Shown: piece by piece, positions 9,894-20,157 of the stretch
Layout: the number at the start of each line of letters is the position of its first letter
Position numbering within the stretch: the first letter of the stretch is position 1
From: a virus
Taxonomy: Duplodnaviria; Caudoviricetes
IMG/VR virus record: IMGVR_UViG_3300025121_000066
Coordinates: 1 to 54,276 of that record
DNA: 54,276 nucleotides
Reading direction: 5' to 3' (one strand)
Translations under genes and position numbers: made by a program
Notes under the pieces: model-generated
Database searches by the model: none
Seen by the model: the letters and a program-made list of their open reading frames with translations, nothing else
Told to the model about the DNA's origin: nothing

Positions 9894-11681
9894 ATGATTA
9901 ATAATCAATCAATTTTAAAAAATGACGATGTAAGTAATTCAGTAAGAACGAGATACGCACCAAGCCCTACGGGACCAAATCATATTGGAGGTGTTAGAAC
10001 AGCACTTTATAATTACTTATTTGCTAAAAAGCATGGTGGTAAATTTATTTTAAGAATAGAAGATACTGATAGTAAACGATTTGTACCAGGTGCAGAAGAA
10101 TATATTATTGAATCTTTTAAATGGTTAGGATTAGATTTTGATGAAGGTCCAAATGTAGGTGGTTCGTATGGTCCGTATAAACAATCCGAACGTAAAAATA
10201 TCTATAAAGATTATGCTTTAATGTTAATTAATAAAGGTTTAGCATATTATGCATTTGATAGTTCAGATGATTTAGATCAAGCAAGAAAAATAGATAGTCA
10301 TTTTTCATATGATTATAATAGTAGAAAATCATTAAAGAATTCATTAACATTATCACAAGAAGAAGTTAAACATTTAACTGAAACATCTAATAATTGGACT
10401 ATTAGAATTAAATATCCTGATCAACCAACTACAATAGTAGTTAATGATATTATTAGAGGTGTTGTTAAAGTTGAATCTGATACACTTGATGATAAAGTTA
10501 TTTGGAAATGTATTGATCAATTACCAACATATCATTTAGCAAATATTGTTGATGATCATTTAATGAAAATTTCGCATGTAATTAGGGGTGAAGAATGGTT
10601 GCCATCTGCACCATTACACGTTTATTTATACGAATGCTTTGATTGGGTTCCTCCATTATTTGCACATTTACCTTTAATTCTTAAACCAGAAGGAAATGGT
10701 AAATTAAGTAAAAGAGATGGTGATTTATTAGGATTTCCTGTATTTCCTTTGGAATGGATTGATCCAAGTGGTGATGAAAGTAAAAATTCAAAAGGATATA
10801 GAGGTGAAGGATATTTACCTAAAGCAGTTTTAAATTTTCTTGTATTTTTGGGTTGGAATCCAGGAACAGAAAAAGAAGTTTATTCATTAGATGAATTAAT
10901 TCAAGATTTTTCTTTAGAAAGAGTTAATAAAGGTGGTGCTAGATTTAATCCAACAAAAGCAAATTGGTTTAATGCACAATATTTGAAAAAAACTGATACT
11001 GAACTATTAGTTGATTATTTTAAATCTGATTTAGAAAAAAGAGGAATTTATAAAGATGACGATTTCATTTTTAAAGTAGTTGATAAGTATAAAGGTAAGG
11101 TTGATTTTATTAAGAATCTTTATGATGAAGTTAAATTTATTTTTGATAAACCAATTGATTTTGATAAAAAATCATTAAAAAAATGGAAATATAATTCAGA
11201 TAAAATTGTTAAAGATTTTGTTAATAAATTGAGTAATTTAAATGATTGGTTTGCTAATGATATTCAAAATATTTTTAATAATTATACTATTAACAACAAT
11301 ATCAATACTAATGAATTAGCATCAGTTTTAAGATTATTATTAACTGGTAAAGCAAGTGGTACATCTCCATTTGATACAATGGAGATTATTGGTAAAATAG
11401 ATACATTAGATCGTTTAACTAAACACAATTTATCTACAGATACTAATATATCTAACTTAGATAATAATGTTGATAATATTAAAAAACAAAAAATTAATCA
11501 ATTATCGGCTGAATTAGATGGTTCTAAAAAATCATTAAAATCTACAGAAGGTAAATTAAGCAATGTAAATTTTATGGAAAAAGCACCAAAAGATGTAGTT
11601 GATAACGAAATAATTAAAAAGGATGAATTAATTTTAAAGATTTCTAAAATAGAAAAAGAATTATTTGAATTACAAGCATAG
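9894..11681 (+). CDS. gltX: glutamyl-tRNA synthetase with extra ValRS-like C-terminal coiled-coil arm
   Basis: RYAPSPTG.HIGG, LRIEDTD, PTYHLANIVDDH, HVIRGEEW, KLSKR; tail KLSNVNFMEKAPKDVV resembles the ValRS tRNA-binding arm. Confidence 0.95.
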   Translation: MINNQSILKNDDVSNSVRTRYAPSPTGPNHIGGVRTALYNYLFAKKHGGKFILRIEDTDSKRFVPGAEEYIIESFKWLGLDFDEGPNVGGSYGPYKQSERKNIYKDYALMLINKGLAYYAFDSSDDLDQARKIDSHFSYDYNSRKSLKNSLTLSQEEVKHLTETSNNWTIRIKYPDQPTTIVVNDIIRGVVKVESDTLDDKVIWKCIDQLPTYHLANIVDDHLMKISHVIRGEEWLPSAPLHVYLYECFDWVPPLFAHLPLILKPEGNGKLSKRDGDLLGFPVFPLEWIDPSGDESKNSKGYRGEGYLPKAVLNFLVFLGWNPGTEKEVYSLDELIQDFSLERVNKGGARFNPTKANWFNAQYLKKTDTELLVDYFKSDLEKRGIYKDDDFIFKVVDKYKGKVDFIKNLYDEVKFIFDKPIDFDKKSLKKWKYNSDKIVKDFVNKLSNLNDWFANDIQNIFNNYTINNNINTNELASVLRLLLTGKASGTSPFDTMEIIGKIDTLDRLTKHNLSTDTNISNLDNNVDNIKKQKINQLSAELDGSKKSLKSTEGKLSNVNFMEKAPKDVVDNEIIKKDELILKISKIEKELFELQA

Positions 11682-11682
11682 A

Positions 11683-11709
11683 AAAAGGGGATTTTAAATC
11701 CCTTTTTTT
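11683..11709. terminator. bidirectional intrinsic terminator
   Basis: AAAAGGGGATTT-TA-AATCCCTTTTTTT between convergent genes. Confidence 0.7.
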
Positions 11710-12068
11710 AATTTCTTTATTTTTTCTACCCTATCATAATTTGGAATTACATGAATTATTCTATTATATGGAATTTTACAAACTTTATAATATTGATCAT
11801 AAGTATTCAAATGTAAGCTAATTGGAAGTTTAATAGTATATATGTTTGTATCATATAAATAATAAACTGTTAAATCTGTAGGTTGTTTATCATTAACAAA
11901 ATAAAAATTTTTTAATTCAATATCTGGAATTAAATCATTCAGCATCATATCGTTAATATCACCCACAATATCGGTATAATCTTTTTCATCATATAAAAAA
12001 TATCTAATTTTTATACGATTCCCTATACTTAATTTTATTAGTATATTATATAAATCTTTACCTTTCAT
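11694..12068 (-). CDS. hypothetical protein
   Basis: ends DRVEKIKKLKKGI (basic C-terminal motif). Confidence 0.55.
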   Translation of the reverse strand: MKGKDLYNILIKLSIGNRIKIRYFLYDEKDYTDIVGDINDMMLNDLIPDIELKNFYFVNDKQPTDLTVYYLYDTNIYTIKLPISLHLNTYDQYYKVCKIPYNRIIHVIPNYDRVEKIKKLKKGI

Positions 12069-12069
12069 A

Positions 12070-13062
12070 TTAAAAGTTAAATATCGAACTTAATATTGAT
12101 AATCTTTTATTAATTGGTGGCAATCCAAGTGGTTCAATGAATTTATTTACTATACTTAAAATGGTTTTATCAAATTGTTCATCTATATCAATTTTAACCT
12201 TTTCCTTTTCAACTATTTCTATTGGATGAAAACTTCTTAAATATCCGAATACTTCATTAATAGGATGTTTACAATAATAATATTTAATTCTACCAGATTT
12301 AATCATATCATATTTAGTTTTAAATTCACTATTCTTATTCAATAGATAATTATGGAAACATGCAGCTTTAACACCATAATGAGCACCTTTTACTGTATTT
12401 ACACCCATTGTATCATCTAAAACTTTTATATTATAATTTGTACAGCTAGTAGTCATACTGATATCTTCTATATCTGTTAATTCAAATTCCTTTTTAAGTT
12501 GTTTAACAATTTTTAATACTTCATAAATGTTTAAATTACCTGGATTAGAAAATAAATAATTTATAACTCTATAAATATTTTTTCTTACAAATGGTGGAGT
12601 AGATGATCTAATAATTTCTATTCCCTTTGGATAAAAATATGATAATGATTCATAATTAACACCATCTTCCCAAACTATATTATTTAGGTAATGCTTCTTT
12701 TTTAAAAATAGAGCAGACTTACTAATTGTTTCTAATTCAAAATCGTGTAAATTATGAACATGATATTGTGCAGCATAATCATCTAAAAATTTATCAAAAA
12801 GAGGTTTAATAAAAATATGATCAACGTGAATTATAAAATTTTTAGTTAATGTATCATTTTCATTAGGGTTAAACCCAACAGATTTCATTAATGGTGTCAT
12901 AGAAACATATAGACTATTATGTACTAAAATATCATTTGCTATAAATGTATGTGTATCATCATTTACTTCTATATCATATACGTATTCTTCTTCAAATTCA
13001 CCAATCATTTCACATGATTCCACATCATCAAAAATATATTCTATATCGTCTATCTTATTCAT
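12070..13062 (-). CDS. polB: C-intein fused to C-terminal (palm/thumb) part of family B DNA polymerase
   Basis: first 49 aa end VYDIEV...FIANDILVHN, then SLYV; KKKHY and PKGIEIIRSSTP PolB motifs. Confidence 0.92.
   Translation of the reverse strand: MNKIDDIEYIFDDVESCEMIGEFEEEYVYDIEVNDDTHTFIANDILVHNSLYVSMTPLMKSVGFNPNENDTLTKNFIIHVDHIFIKPLFDKFLDDYAAQYHVHNLHDFELETISKSALFLKKKHYLNNIVWEDGVNYESLSYFYPKGIEIIRSSTPPFVRKNIYRVINYLFSNPGNLNIYEVLKIVKQLKKEFELTDIEDISMTTSCTNYNIKVLDDTMGVNTVKGAHYGVKAACFHNYLLNKNSEFKTKYDMIKSGRIKYYYCKHPINEVFGYLRSFHPIEIVEKEKVKIDIDEQFDKTILSIVNKFIEPLGLPPINKRLSILSSIFNF
12916..13062 (-). mobile_element. split intein, C-fragment (49 aa, acidic)
   Basis: block F VYDIEV and block G HN followed by +1 Ser. 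Confidence 0.92.
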
Positions 13063-13064
13063 TT

Positions 13065-14126
13065 TTATATAATATTATTCATTTTTTCAATTAAATTATC
13101 ATCATATCTAATAATTATGTAATTTATATAATTATTATTACAGTAAGTTTGTTTAATTAAATTTTGAATATATTTTAATGTTTTTTCACCACCAAAGTAA
13201 TCTATTGGTTCATAGTGTTGTTTTCCATTATATTCTATACACAAATTATATTCAGGTAAGTAAAAATCAAAATATAGAGGCAATTTGTTTATGCAATATT
13301 CAAACGTCTTTTGATATTTAAAATTAATATTATTATTTTCTAAAAATAACATAATTTGTTTTTCTCCTTTTGAACTTTTACAATAAGGACAACCTTGTTT
13401 GGAATTAATATGATCTTTTGGGTTTTGTTTAAATATACCATGTTTTTTACATATAATTTTAACTTTGGTATAACTATTAATATAATTAACTAATGAATAA
13501 TCATAAATATTATTATGTATTTTATTAGATTTTTCTATGAAAGATTTTTTATTATCACAAAATTTTTCATATTTACATTTTGGACAACCTTGACCTAATA
13601 TATGTTGTGTTGGTCGTTGTTCAAATTCACCGTGTTTTGGACAAATTATTTTAATTTTAACTGTACTACCTTCATATTTTACTAATGAATAATCATAAAT
13701 ATTATTATGTATTTTATTAGATTTTTCTATAAAAATATGTTCATTATATCTGTTAGCACATTTTGGGCAACCACATTTTTCATTAATATGATTATCTGGA
13801 GTTTGTTTAAATTCACCATGAATTGAGCAAATGATTTTAACTTTTGTTTTTGCATTAATATATTTAAGTAAAGAATAATCATATTTATCATTATGAATTT
13901 TTTTAGATTCTTTTATAAATTCTTCTGTTGTTTTTACTTTACTTCCTCCACATATTTGACAACCTCTACCCGATAAATGCTTTGCTGGAATTTGTTCAAA
14001 TATACCGTGTTCTTTACATATTATTTTAATTTTGGTTCGATTATTAATATAATTAACTAGACAATAATTGTATCTATCACCGTGAATTTTTAATGATTTA
14101 TTTATAAATATTTTAGTTTTAGTCAC
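13065..14126 (-). CDS. free-standing endonuclease between the intein halves (4 Zn-ribbon repeats + Vsr/DUF559-like nuclease domain)
   Basis: repeats YDYSLVxY...KIICxxHGxFxQxPxxH...GCPxC; C-terminal FDFYLPEYNLCIEYNGKQHY; GTG start. Confidence 0.85.
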   Translation of the reverse strand: MTKTKIFINKSLKIHGDRYNYCLVNYINNRTKIKIICKEHGIFEQIPAKHLSGRGCQICGGSKVKTTEEFIKESKKIHNDKYDYSLLKYINAKTKVKIICSIHGEFKQTPDNHINEKCGCPKCANRYNEHIFIEKSNKIHNNIYDYSLVKYEGSTVKIKIICPKHGEFEQRPTQHILGQGCPKCKYEKFCDNKKSFIEKSNKIHNNIYDYSLVNYINSYTKVKIICKKHGIFKQNPKDHINSKQGCPYCKSSKGEKQIMLFLENNNINFKYQKTFEYCINKLPLYFDFYLPEYNLCIEYNGKQHYEPIDYFGGEKTLKYIQNLIKQTYCNNNYINYIIIRYDDNLIEKMNNII

Positions 14127-14151
14127 ATATTATATATTAAAGAAATTGAAA

Positions 14152-14511
14152 TTATTTTTTTCTGATTATTAAAATTTTATCAGTTTTTAATACTTCAGAT
14201 GGTTTTACTTCTATTTTTTCACCATTTCTAAATACAATCATAGAGTGATCATTAGTTACTATTATTTCTTTACCTGTTTTTGTTTTTAATTTCCATTTAG
14301 ATTTAGTTACTTTATGTCTTATAATTCGTTTAACTGGTGCATAATATAAACCTTTTTCTTCACAATAATTTAATATATTATCATTACATTTAACAGATTC
14401 ATGTCCTTTCAATGTTATGCCATTAGAACCATTTTTAATATTTTTATTATATAATTCTTCAATTGTTGAATTACCATTAATAGTATATATAGTAGAATTT
14501 TTATCGACACT
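14152..14511 (-). mobile_element. split intein, N-fragment (119 aa, Ser1)
   Basis: starts at Ser right after YGDTD; block B TxDH (VTNDHS); ends at stop with no terminal HN. Confidence 0.9.
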
Positions 14512-15087
14512 ATCAGTATCACCATATATAACTATTTGATTTTCACCAGTATATTTTTGTCTACCTTCTAAAGTTGTCCAAATAGGGTTTTCATCTAAAG
14601 GATTAACATTTTTAAAATCCCAGATATTATATTGATACATTATTTGAATATCATCGTGTTCAAATTCATATACTTCTAAATCGTCTAAACTAATTTCTTT
14701 ATGTTTAAATAAATCGTTTAATGTATCATGTTTCCAACCTATAATTTTGAAATCCATAGAAAGACATACAAATTTTTCATCCATTTTACCGATATATTCT
14801 ACACCTAACATATCGTGTTTTTTAATATCATTATGCCAATTATTATAAAAATATAATTCAATTCTTTCCATCATAAATTGATTTACATCTCTTCCATGAG
14901 CTGTAATTGAATTAGCAATATCAGCATTAGAACACACAAAATACTTATTAGCAAATGCACCATAAGTTCCGTTAAGTGTTAACTTCAAGGCTAATTGCAT
15001 AGCTTTTGCATAGTCGTGTTCCTTTTTCTTATTATCTATTAGAATTTTTAATTCGTTAATTCTTTGTTTTTTTTGTCTATCGTCCAT
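14152..15087 (-). CDS. polB: family B DNA polymerase fragment (fingers/motif B to motif C) fused to N-intein
   Basis: QLALKLTLNGTYG (motif B), YGDTD (motif C), then intein SVDKNSTI...TNDHSMIV. Confidence 0.92.
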   Translation of the reverse strand: MDDRQKKQRINELKILIDNKKKEHDYAKAMQLALKLTLNGTYGAFANKYFVCSNADIANSITAHGRDVNQFMMERIELYFYNNWHNDIKKHDMLGVEYIGKMDEKFVCLSMDFKIIGWKHDTLNDLFKHKEISLDDLEVYEFEHDDIQIMYQYNIWDFKNVNPLDENPIWTTLEGRQKYTGENQIVIYGDTDSVDKNSTIYTINGNSTIEELYNKNIKNGSNGITLKGHESVKCNDNILNYCEEKGLYYAPVKRIIRHKVTKSKWKLKTKTGKEIIVTNDHSMIVFRNGEKIEVKPSEVLKTDKILIIRKK

Positions 15088-15125
15088 AAATAAAAATTAT
15101 TTAATATATATTATGTATTATATTT

Positions 15126-16727
15126 TTAAAAAAATGTTTTAAAAATAAATTTATAATTTCCAGAATTATAAATACGATAAATTTTACGTTCTAACATAAT
15201 TTCTTTACTTGTTTTATTTTTATCAAATCCTTGTTTTATTAAATTACTTTTTCTAAAATTAAATCTATGTTTTCTGATATTATCAACTATATAATAATGA
15301 TTAGGTGGTGTTAAACTATCTATATTAAATCCTAATTTTTTATACAAATTTCCGTTAGAATAACTTCTATCTGCATAACTTGATATATATTCTGGATTAT
15401 ATTCTTTAATAAAATGTTTAAATAATTTTGAAGCTCCACCAATAACATTAGTATTTAATTTATTACAAAATCTTATAAGTTCAAATTTATTATCTGTTGA
15501 TTTTAAATTCATCATTTTTCTTAATTTACCAAAAGTCATTAAACTAACTAATTCATTTTCAAAAAATAATCCTAACTTAATTGATGATCCTACAAAGCCT
15601 TGAATATGATTTTTATTTAAGAAATTTTTAACTAATTTATTATCAGTTATCTCTCTTATTTCAGTTTTTCTTGCAAATATTCTATTTGATGATTTTTTGA
15701 ATTTATTTAAAATCATTGATTTGACTATATCTTTTTTAAATTCCCAATCATCTTCATAAATATGAATTAATTGAATTCCTTTTTCTTCACATAAATCAGA
15801 TTTATTTTTATGATAATTTTTATCTTTATTTAATTCATTATGCCAATATAATCCATTAAATTCGAATGCTAACTTTAAATCAGGTAGATAAATATCTAAT
15901 TCATATGGTTTTATTATTTTTTTACTATTTTCGACAATTTCGTCTTTATAGTTTTCTTTTATAAAATTTAATAATTGTTTTTCTATTTGTGATATATTCA
16001 TAAACCCAATAGGATTACAATTTAAACACAATTCATTATCGTATAAAATTCTTAATTGTAATAAATTTGAATTAATTAAATAATATTGATTACATTTATC
16101 ACATTTTAATTTATACTTATCATCAATCTTATCGATAATGATTAAATTATGTTTTTCTTTATAAATTTTTATAGAGTTATTAAATTTAGTAATTGAATTA
16201 CTTTTTTGAATTTTATTTTTAAAATAATCTAATTCTGATATATGATTAACACCATACTTATTTTTAATAGTGTTATTTATTTTTTCTCTTATTATATTTG
16301 ATGATAATGCATAATCTGTACCATATACTTCATTACATGTATTTATATATTTAGGCATATTATTATAATTTTCATCACCATATTTTTCGAATTTAGTTTT
16401 TTTCCCCTTTTCTTTTATTGATTCTACTTTCATAGGATTATCAACACCATAATTAATATTAAATGTTTTTTTCTTTTTTATTGTTGAACATTTATGGCAA
16501 GTATAAAAACCATATCTTTCATAATTGTCCATATATTTATTATATGTTAATTGTTTTTCATCATTACAATTTAAACATTTAATATTAATTAAAGCTCTAC
16601 TATTTCTAGGCAAATCATCTATTTTAACTTTTATTATATTATGTAAATCCACATTATAACCCTTATCTTTATAATATGATATATTTCTATATGACATTTT
16701 TATATCTATTGTTTTATCTAAAATCAT
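15126..16727 (-). CDS. Hef-like/Vsr-like homing endonuclease with N-terminal Zn-ribbons and YGV repeats
   Basis: ELDIYLPDLKLAFEFNGLYWH...IQLIHIYEDDW...RIFARK...NHIQG...GGASKLF...SYADRS; start reassigned to MILDKT. Confidence 0.8.
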   Translation of the reverse strand: MILDKTIDIKMSYRNISYYKDKGYNVDLHNIIKVKIDDLPRNSRALINIKCLNCNDEKQLTYNKYMDNYERYGFYTCHKCSTIKKKKTFNINYGVDNPMKVESIKEKGKKTKFEKYGDENYNNMPKYINTCNEVYGTDYALSSNIIREKINNTIKNKYGVNHISELDYFKNKIQKSNSITKFNNSIKIYKEKHNLIIIDKIDDKYKLKCDKCNQYYLINSNLLQLRILYDNELCLNCNPIGFMNISQIEKQLLNFIKENYKDEIVENSKKIIKPYELDIYLPDLKLAFEFNGLYWHNELNKDKNYHKNKSDLCEEKGIQLIHIYEDDWEFKKDIVKSMILNKFKKSSNRIFARKTEIREITDNKLVKNFLNKNHIQGFVGSSIKLGLFFENELVSLMTFGKLRKMMNLKSTDNKFELIRFCNKLNTNVIGGASKLFKHFIKEYNPEYISSYADRSYSNGNLYKKLGFNIDSLTPPNHYYIVDNIRKHRFNFRKSNLIKQGFDKNKTSKEIMLERKIYRIYNSGNYKFIFKTFF

Positions 16728-16852
16728 AATTCGTTTTTTGTTTTTATATATAAAATACAAATGCACCGAAAGTAGCATTTAATATAATGTATAACTTATG
16801 AAAAAAAATGTTTTTATTTTTTTATATATACATTAAAATATAAATAATTTTT

Positions 16853-17641
16853 ATGCCTTTAACTAGAGAAATAGAACGTAAAGCAAAAGATGATGTAACT
16901 AAATGGGTTAGTTATCTAATAGATAAATATTTAGATGAAGGAGTAACAATAACTGATTTAAAGAAGTATTTCAGAACTAAAAAAGCATTTAGTCATTTAT
17001 TAAAAGATATATCATATGCAGGGAGAAGATATTTTGAAGATAATGATAATAAAAATGATTATGATAATTTTGTTAAAAAAATATTAAACAACATGATAGA
17101 AGATAGGTTAGCAACAATAGAAACAGAATCTTTAACAGAAAAAAAAGTTATTAGATATGATAATTTTTTAAACGAGAATGTAGATTTTAGTGAAGTTACA
17201 GTAGAAACACTATTTAACGATATCGGACATTCTGATGATGATATGGATATTATAGCAGATTATTATGATACTAAAGAAGAATTTATTAAAAGTGAAGATG
17301 CTAAATATAATGTTTATAGTGTAGTTGATTTTAAAGGTGATATATTGAAAAATAATAGAACTTCTTTCAAGGTATTGTTATTAGCAGATTTTCAAATTGA
17401 AAAAATGAAACAAAATATAATTAAAAAAATTGTAAGTGGAATATATGCTAAAATTCCTGAGTCTATTGATTATATGGGAATTAGAATTAAACCTCATTCA
17501 GTCATAGATAAAGGTAAAATAGTAGATTCTTTAAAACAATTAATCCAGATTAAAGATATAATAGAATTAATAACTAAATTAACTAAATATAAATTCGATA
17601 AACAACATGGTGAACACTATTTATGGAAAAAAGAAAAATAA
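16853..17641 (+). CDS. hypothetical protein
   Basis: 262-aa ORF; internal VIRYDNFLNE motif; TATATA upstream. Confidence 0.7.
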   Translation: MPLTREIERKAKDDVTKWVSYLIDKYLDEGVTITDLKKYFRTKKAFSHLLKDISYAGRRYFEDNDNKNDYDNFVKKILNNMIEDRLATIETESLTEKKVIRYDNFLNENVDFSEVTVETLFNDIGHSDDDMDIIADYYDTKEEFIKSEDAKYNVYSVVDFKGDILKNNRTSFKVLLLADFQIEKMKQNIIKKIVSGIYAKIPESIDYMGIRIKPHSVIDKGKIVDSLKQLIQIKDIIELITKLTKYKFDKQHGEHYLWKKEK

Positions 17642-17663
17642 TATAAAACAATAAAGTTTAATT

Positions 17664-18257
17664 ATGAAAGATAAAAAAATATATAAATTATTTGAATTTG
17701 AATCAGTAGGAGATAATAAAGATTTGCCATACCCATCACATTTTATATTATTAAATAAATTATATAAAAAAATACAAAAAGAATTAATACCTAAAATATC
17801 TAAGTATTTTGTTCTCAAATATGAAAGTGGTGAAAAAATAACATTAAATACAAATAAAGAAGACGATTTGAAAGTAGTTGTTACACGAAAAAGTGATGTA
17901 ATGAGTATAGATATATCACCTGTTTATGGAATTAATTATGAATTTAATTATACTTTAAATGATGCTGGAATAGAATCTGCTTTTGACATTATTAAAAGTG
18001 AAATAGATAAAAAAGAACAGGGGTTAAAACCAACATCTTCGAAAAAATATAAAATGTCAGATGATAAAGCTAATGATGACAAATTTGATAATCTAAATGT
18101 ACCTATAATTAAAAAACCAGTTCGTAGAAAAAGAAGTATTAATATCAATATTATTCGTGATGTATTAGAAGATGCATTTATTTTAGATGATATTGATTTA
18201 AAAAATACCGATGTTGACGAATTAATAAGAAGAATGTTATTAGAATCTAGAAGATGA
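17664..18257 (+). CDS. hypothetical protein
   Basis: 197-aa ORF, IYKLFEFES N-terminus. Confidence 0.65.
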   Translation: MKDKKIYKLFEFESVGDNKDLPYPSHFILLNKLYKKIQKELIPKISKYFVLKYESGEKITLNTNKEDDLKVVVTRKSDVMSIDISPVYGINYEFNYTLNDAGIESAFDIIKSEIDKKEQGLKPTSSKKYKMSDDKANDDKFDNLNVPIIKKPVRRKRSININIIRDVLEDAFILDDIDLKNTDVDELIRRMLLESRR

Positions 18258-18295
18258 AATATCTTCAACTATTGAGTATATCATCACTACCAAGA

Positions 18296-19219
18296 TTAAA
18301 TATAAATATCTTCATCTATTGGGTGTGCTCTAACAACCATATTTTTAATTTGATCAGCTAAATATAAAATATCATCGTCTGTTAATTCTTGAATATATAA
18401 AGTATGTGATGTATCATTTTGGGTAAATTGTTTAAATTTATATTCTTTCCTTTCACTAAAATCTTTTAATATATTAACAAATTCTAGTGGATAAAAATTC
18501 ACATATATTAGATGTTGATTACTTGGATAAATTCTACTCATTTTTTCTCCTTGTTCATTATTCCATTTTACTTGAAATCCATATTTTATTTCAAATCCTT
18601 CTTCTTGTTCATATTCTTGTAATTTTCTAACAAAAGCATTATATAATATTCTATATTTATTTTTAACACCAATCGCATAATAGAAATTAAAAACTATTTT
18701 ATATAAATTTCTATCTTTTTCAACTTTTATTTGAATATCTGTTTTACCTTTATTTTTGTTTTTACTTAATATATCAGATATAATATTAGAACCGAAATAA
18801 ATATATAACATTGCAGCATAACTAGCAAAAATTCTATTTTTTGTTAAATCGTGTGATAATAATTCATTCATATATTCACCAATATTAGGAATATATTTAT
18901 AAAATATTAAAAATAAAGAAGTAGCAAAAAAAGGAATTTGTAAATATTTTGTTATTTGTTTTAAAAATTTACTAATTTGTTCTTTATTTTTTATACCTTT
19001 ACCTTTTGGTGCAATTCGCATAATGAATTCTACAAAATCTGAATAATTTAAATTTTTAGCTCTATTTGCAAATTCACCTAATTCAACTTCATCTTTATTA
19101 ATTAAATCTTTTATTTTATTACCTACATTACCAAATAAGAATTTTAATTTATCTTTAAATTTAGATTCTTCTGTTAATAATTCATAATTAAAATTATCAA
19201 ATGGTTTTAAAGTTTTCAT
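18296..19219 (-). CDS. hypothetical protein with two hydrophobic segments
   Basis: 307-aa ORF; MKTLKPFDNF N-terminus; PFFATSLFLIFY and IFASYAAMLYIYF segments. Confidence 0.65.
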   Translation of the reverse strand: MKTLKPFDNFNYELLTEESKFKDKLKFLFGNVGNKIKDLINKDEVELGEFANRAKNLNYSDFVEFIMRIAPKGKGIKNKEQISKFLKQITKYLQIPFFATSLFLIFYKYIPNIGEYMNELLSHDLTKNRIFASYAAMLYIYFGSNIISDILSKNKNKGKTDIQIKVEKDRNLYKIVFNFYYAIGVKNKYRILYNAFVRKLQEYEQEEGFEIKYGFQVKWNNEQGEKMSRIYPSNQHLIYVNFYPLEFVNILKDFSERKEYKFKQFTQNDTSHTLYIQELTDDDILYLADQIKNMVVRAHPIDEDIYI

Positions 19220-19330
19220 AATAATTATATATTAATTTTGAAAAATAAAAAAAAATAAGTAAATTTGTAAATAATAATATCATAATTTTAATCCTTTTTT
19301 ATAAGGTCTTGAAAATTAAACACTTATGTA

Positions 19331-19720
19331 ATGATTGATAATTACGCTAAATTAATATTAAAAGTATGGTTAATTGGAAAAACAAAAGTTAGAATAGAGG
19401 TTAGTAATGTACATGAAAAAATTAAATATTTTGATGCTGTTATTTTAGCAGAACATAAAACTATTAATTTTTCAATATTAAAATCTAATTATTGTAATTT
19501 AACACCAGGTTGGTTTACTATTCCAATTGATCCTAAAAAACCAGAAACAAAAAATTGGTGTGAATATATATATGATAGTGAAATAGAACGATATAATAAT
19601 CTTAATAAAATAAGAGAAACTTTAATGGAATATTCAAAATCAAAAGTATTTTATAATACAGGACAAAAAAAAGAAGAACCATATATTGTCTTTAAAGACG
19701 AATTTTGGTTTATATATTAG
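19331..19720 (+). CDS. tandem paralog 1 (W-F-x-Y C-terminus family)
   Basis: LxLKVxLIG start, C-x-Y-x-Y-DSE-x-ERY, ends EFWFIY. Confidence 0.7.
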   Translation: MIDNYAKLILKVWLIGKTKVRIEVSNVHEKIKYFDAVILAEHKTINFSILKSNYCNLTPGWFTIPIDPKKPETKNWCEYIYDSEIERYNNLNKIRETLMEYSKSKVFYNTGQKKEEPYIVFKDEFWFIY

Positions 19721-19725
19721 TAAAT

Positions 19726-20136
19726 ATGAATTTAAACAATATAAAGAATAATAGAGATTTAAAAATAGTTCTTACTGTTACTTTTATAGGTGATAAAACA
19801 ATAAAATTTACACTTTTACATATATGTGATGCAGTGTATATGTGCGAACCAAATATACTTCATATAGATAAATGGGGATACACATTAGTAAAAAATACTT
19901 ATAATTTTCAATATTCTAAAACTAAATTTGTAATACCCGATTATATTTATAAGGGACATAAACATGAATGTTATTTTAGTTTTCGTAATGAAAAAGATAA
20001 ATATGATAGTTTAAAAAGATTAAGTGAAATGTTTTTAGGGTTTTCTAAATCTAAAATATTTTATGATAAAATAAAAGGTCGTAATTTATTTAAAAATAAA
20101 ATTGTATATCATAATGAATTTTGGTTTGTTTATTAA
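19726..20136 (+). CDS. tandem paralog 2
   Basis: ends EFWFVY; start reassigned to ATG 19726. Confidence 0.7.
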   Translation: MNLNNIKNNRDLKIVLTVTFIGDKTIKFTLLHICDAVYMCEPNILHIDKWGYTLVKNTYNFQYSKTKFVIPDYIYKGHKHECYFSFRNEKDKYDSLKRLSEMFLGFSKSKIFYDKIKGRNLFKNKIVYHNEFWFVY

Positions 20137-20157
20137 AATAATAATTACTAATTTGAA

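Noticed and set aside
13065-14151. Group I intron interrupting polB
   Set aside because: Only 2-25 nt flank the endonuclease ORF, leaving no room for an intron core; intein motifs explain the split
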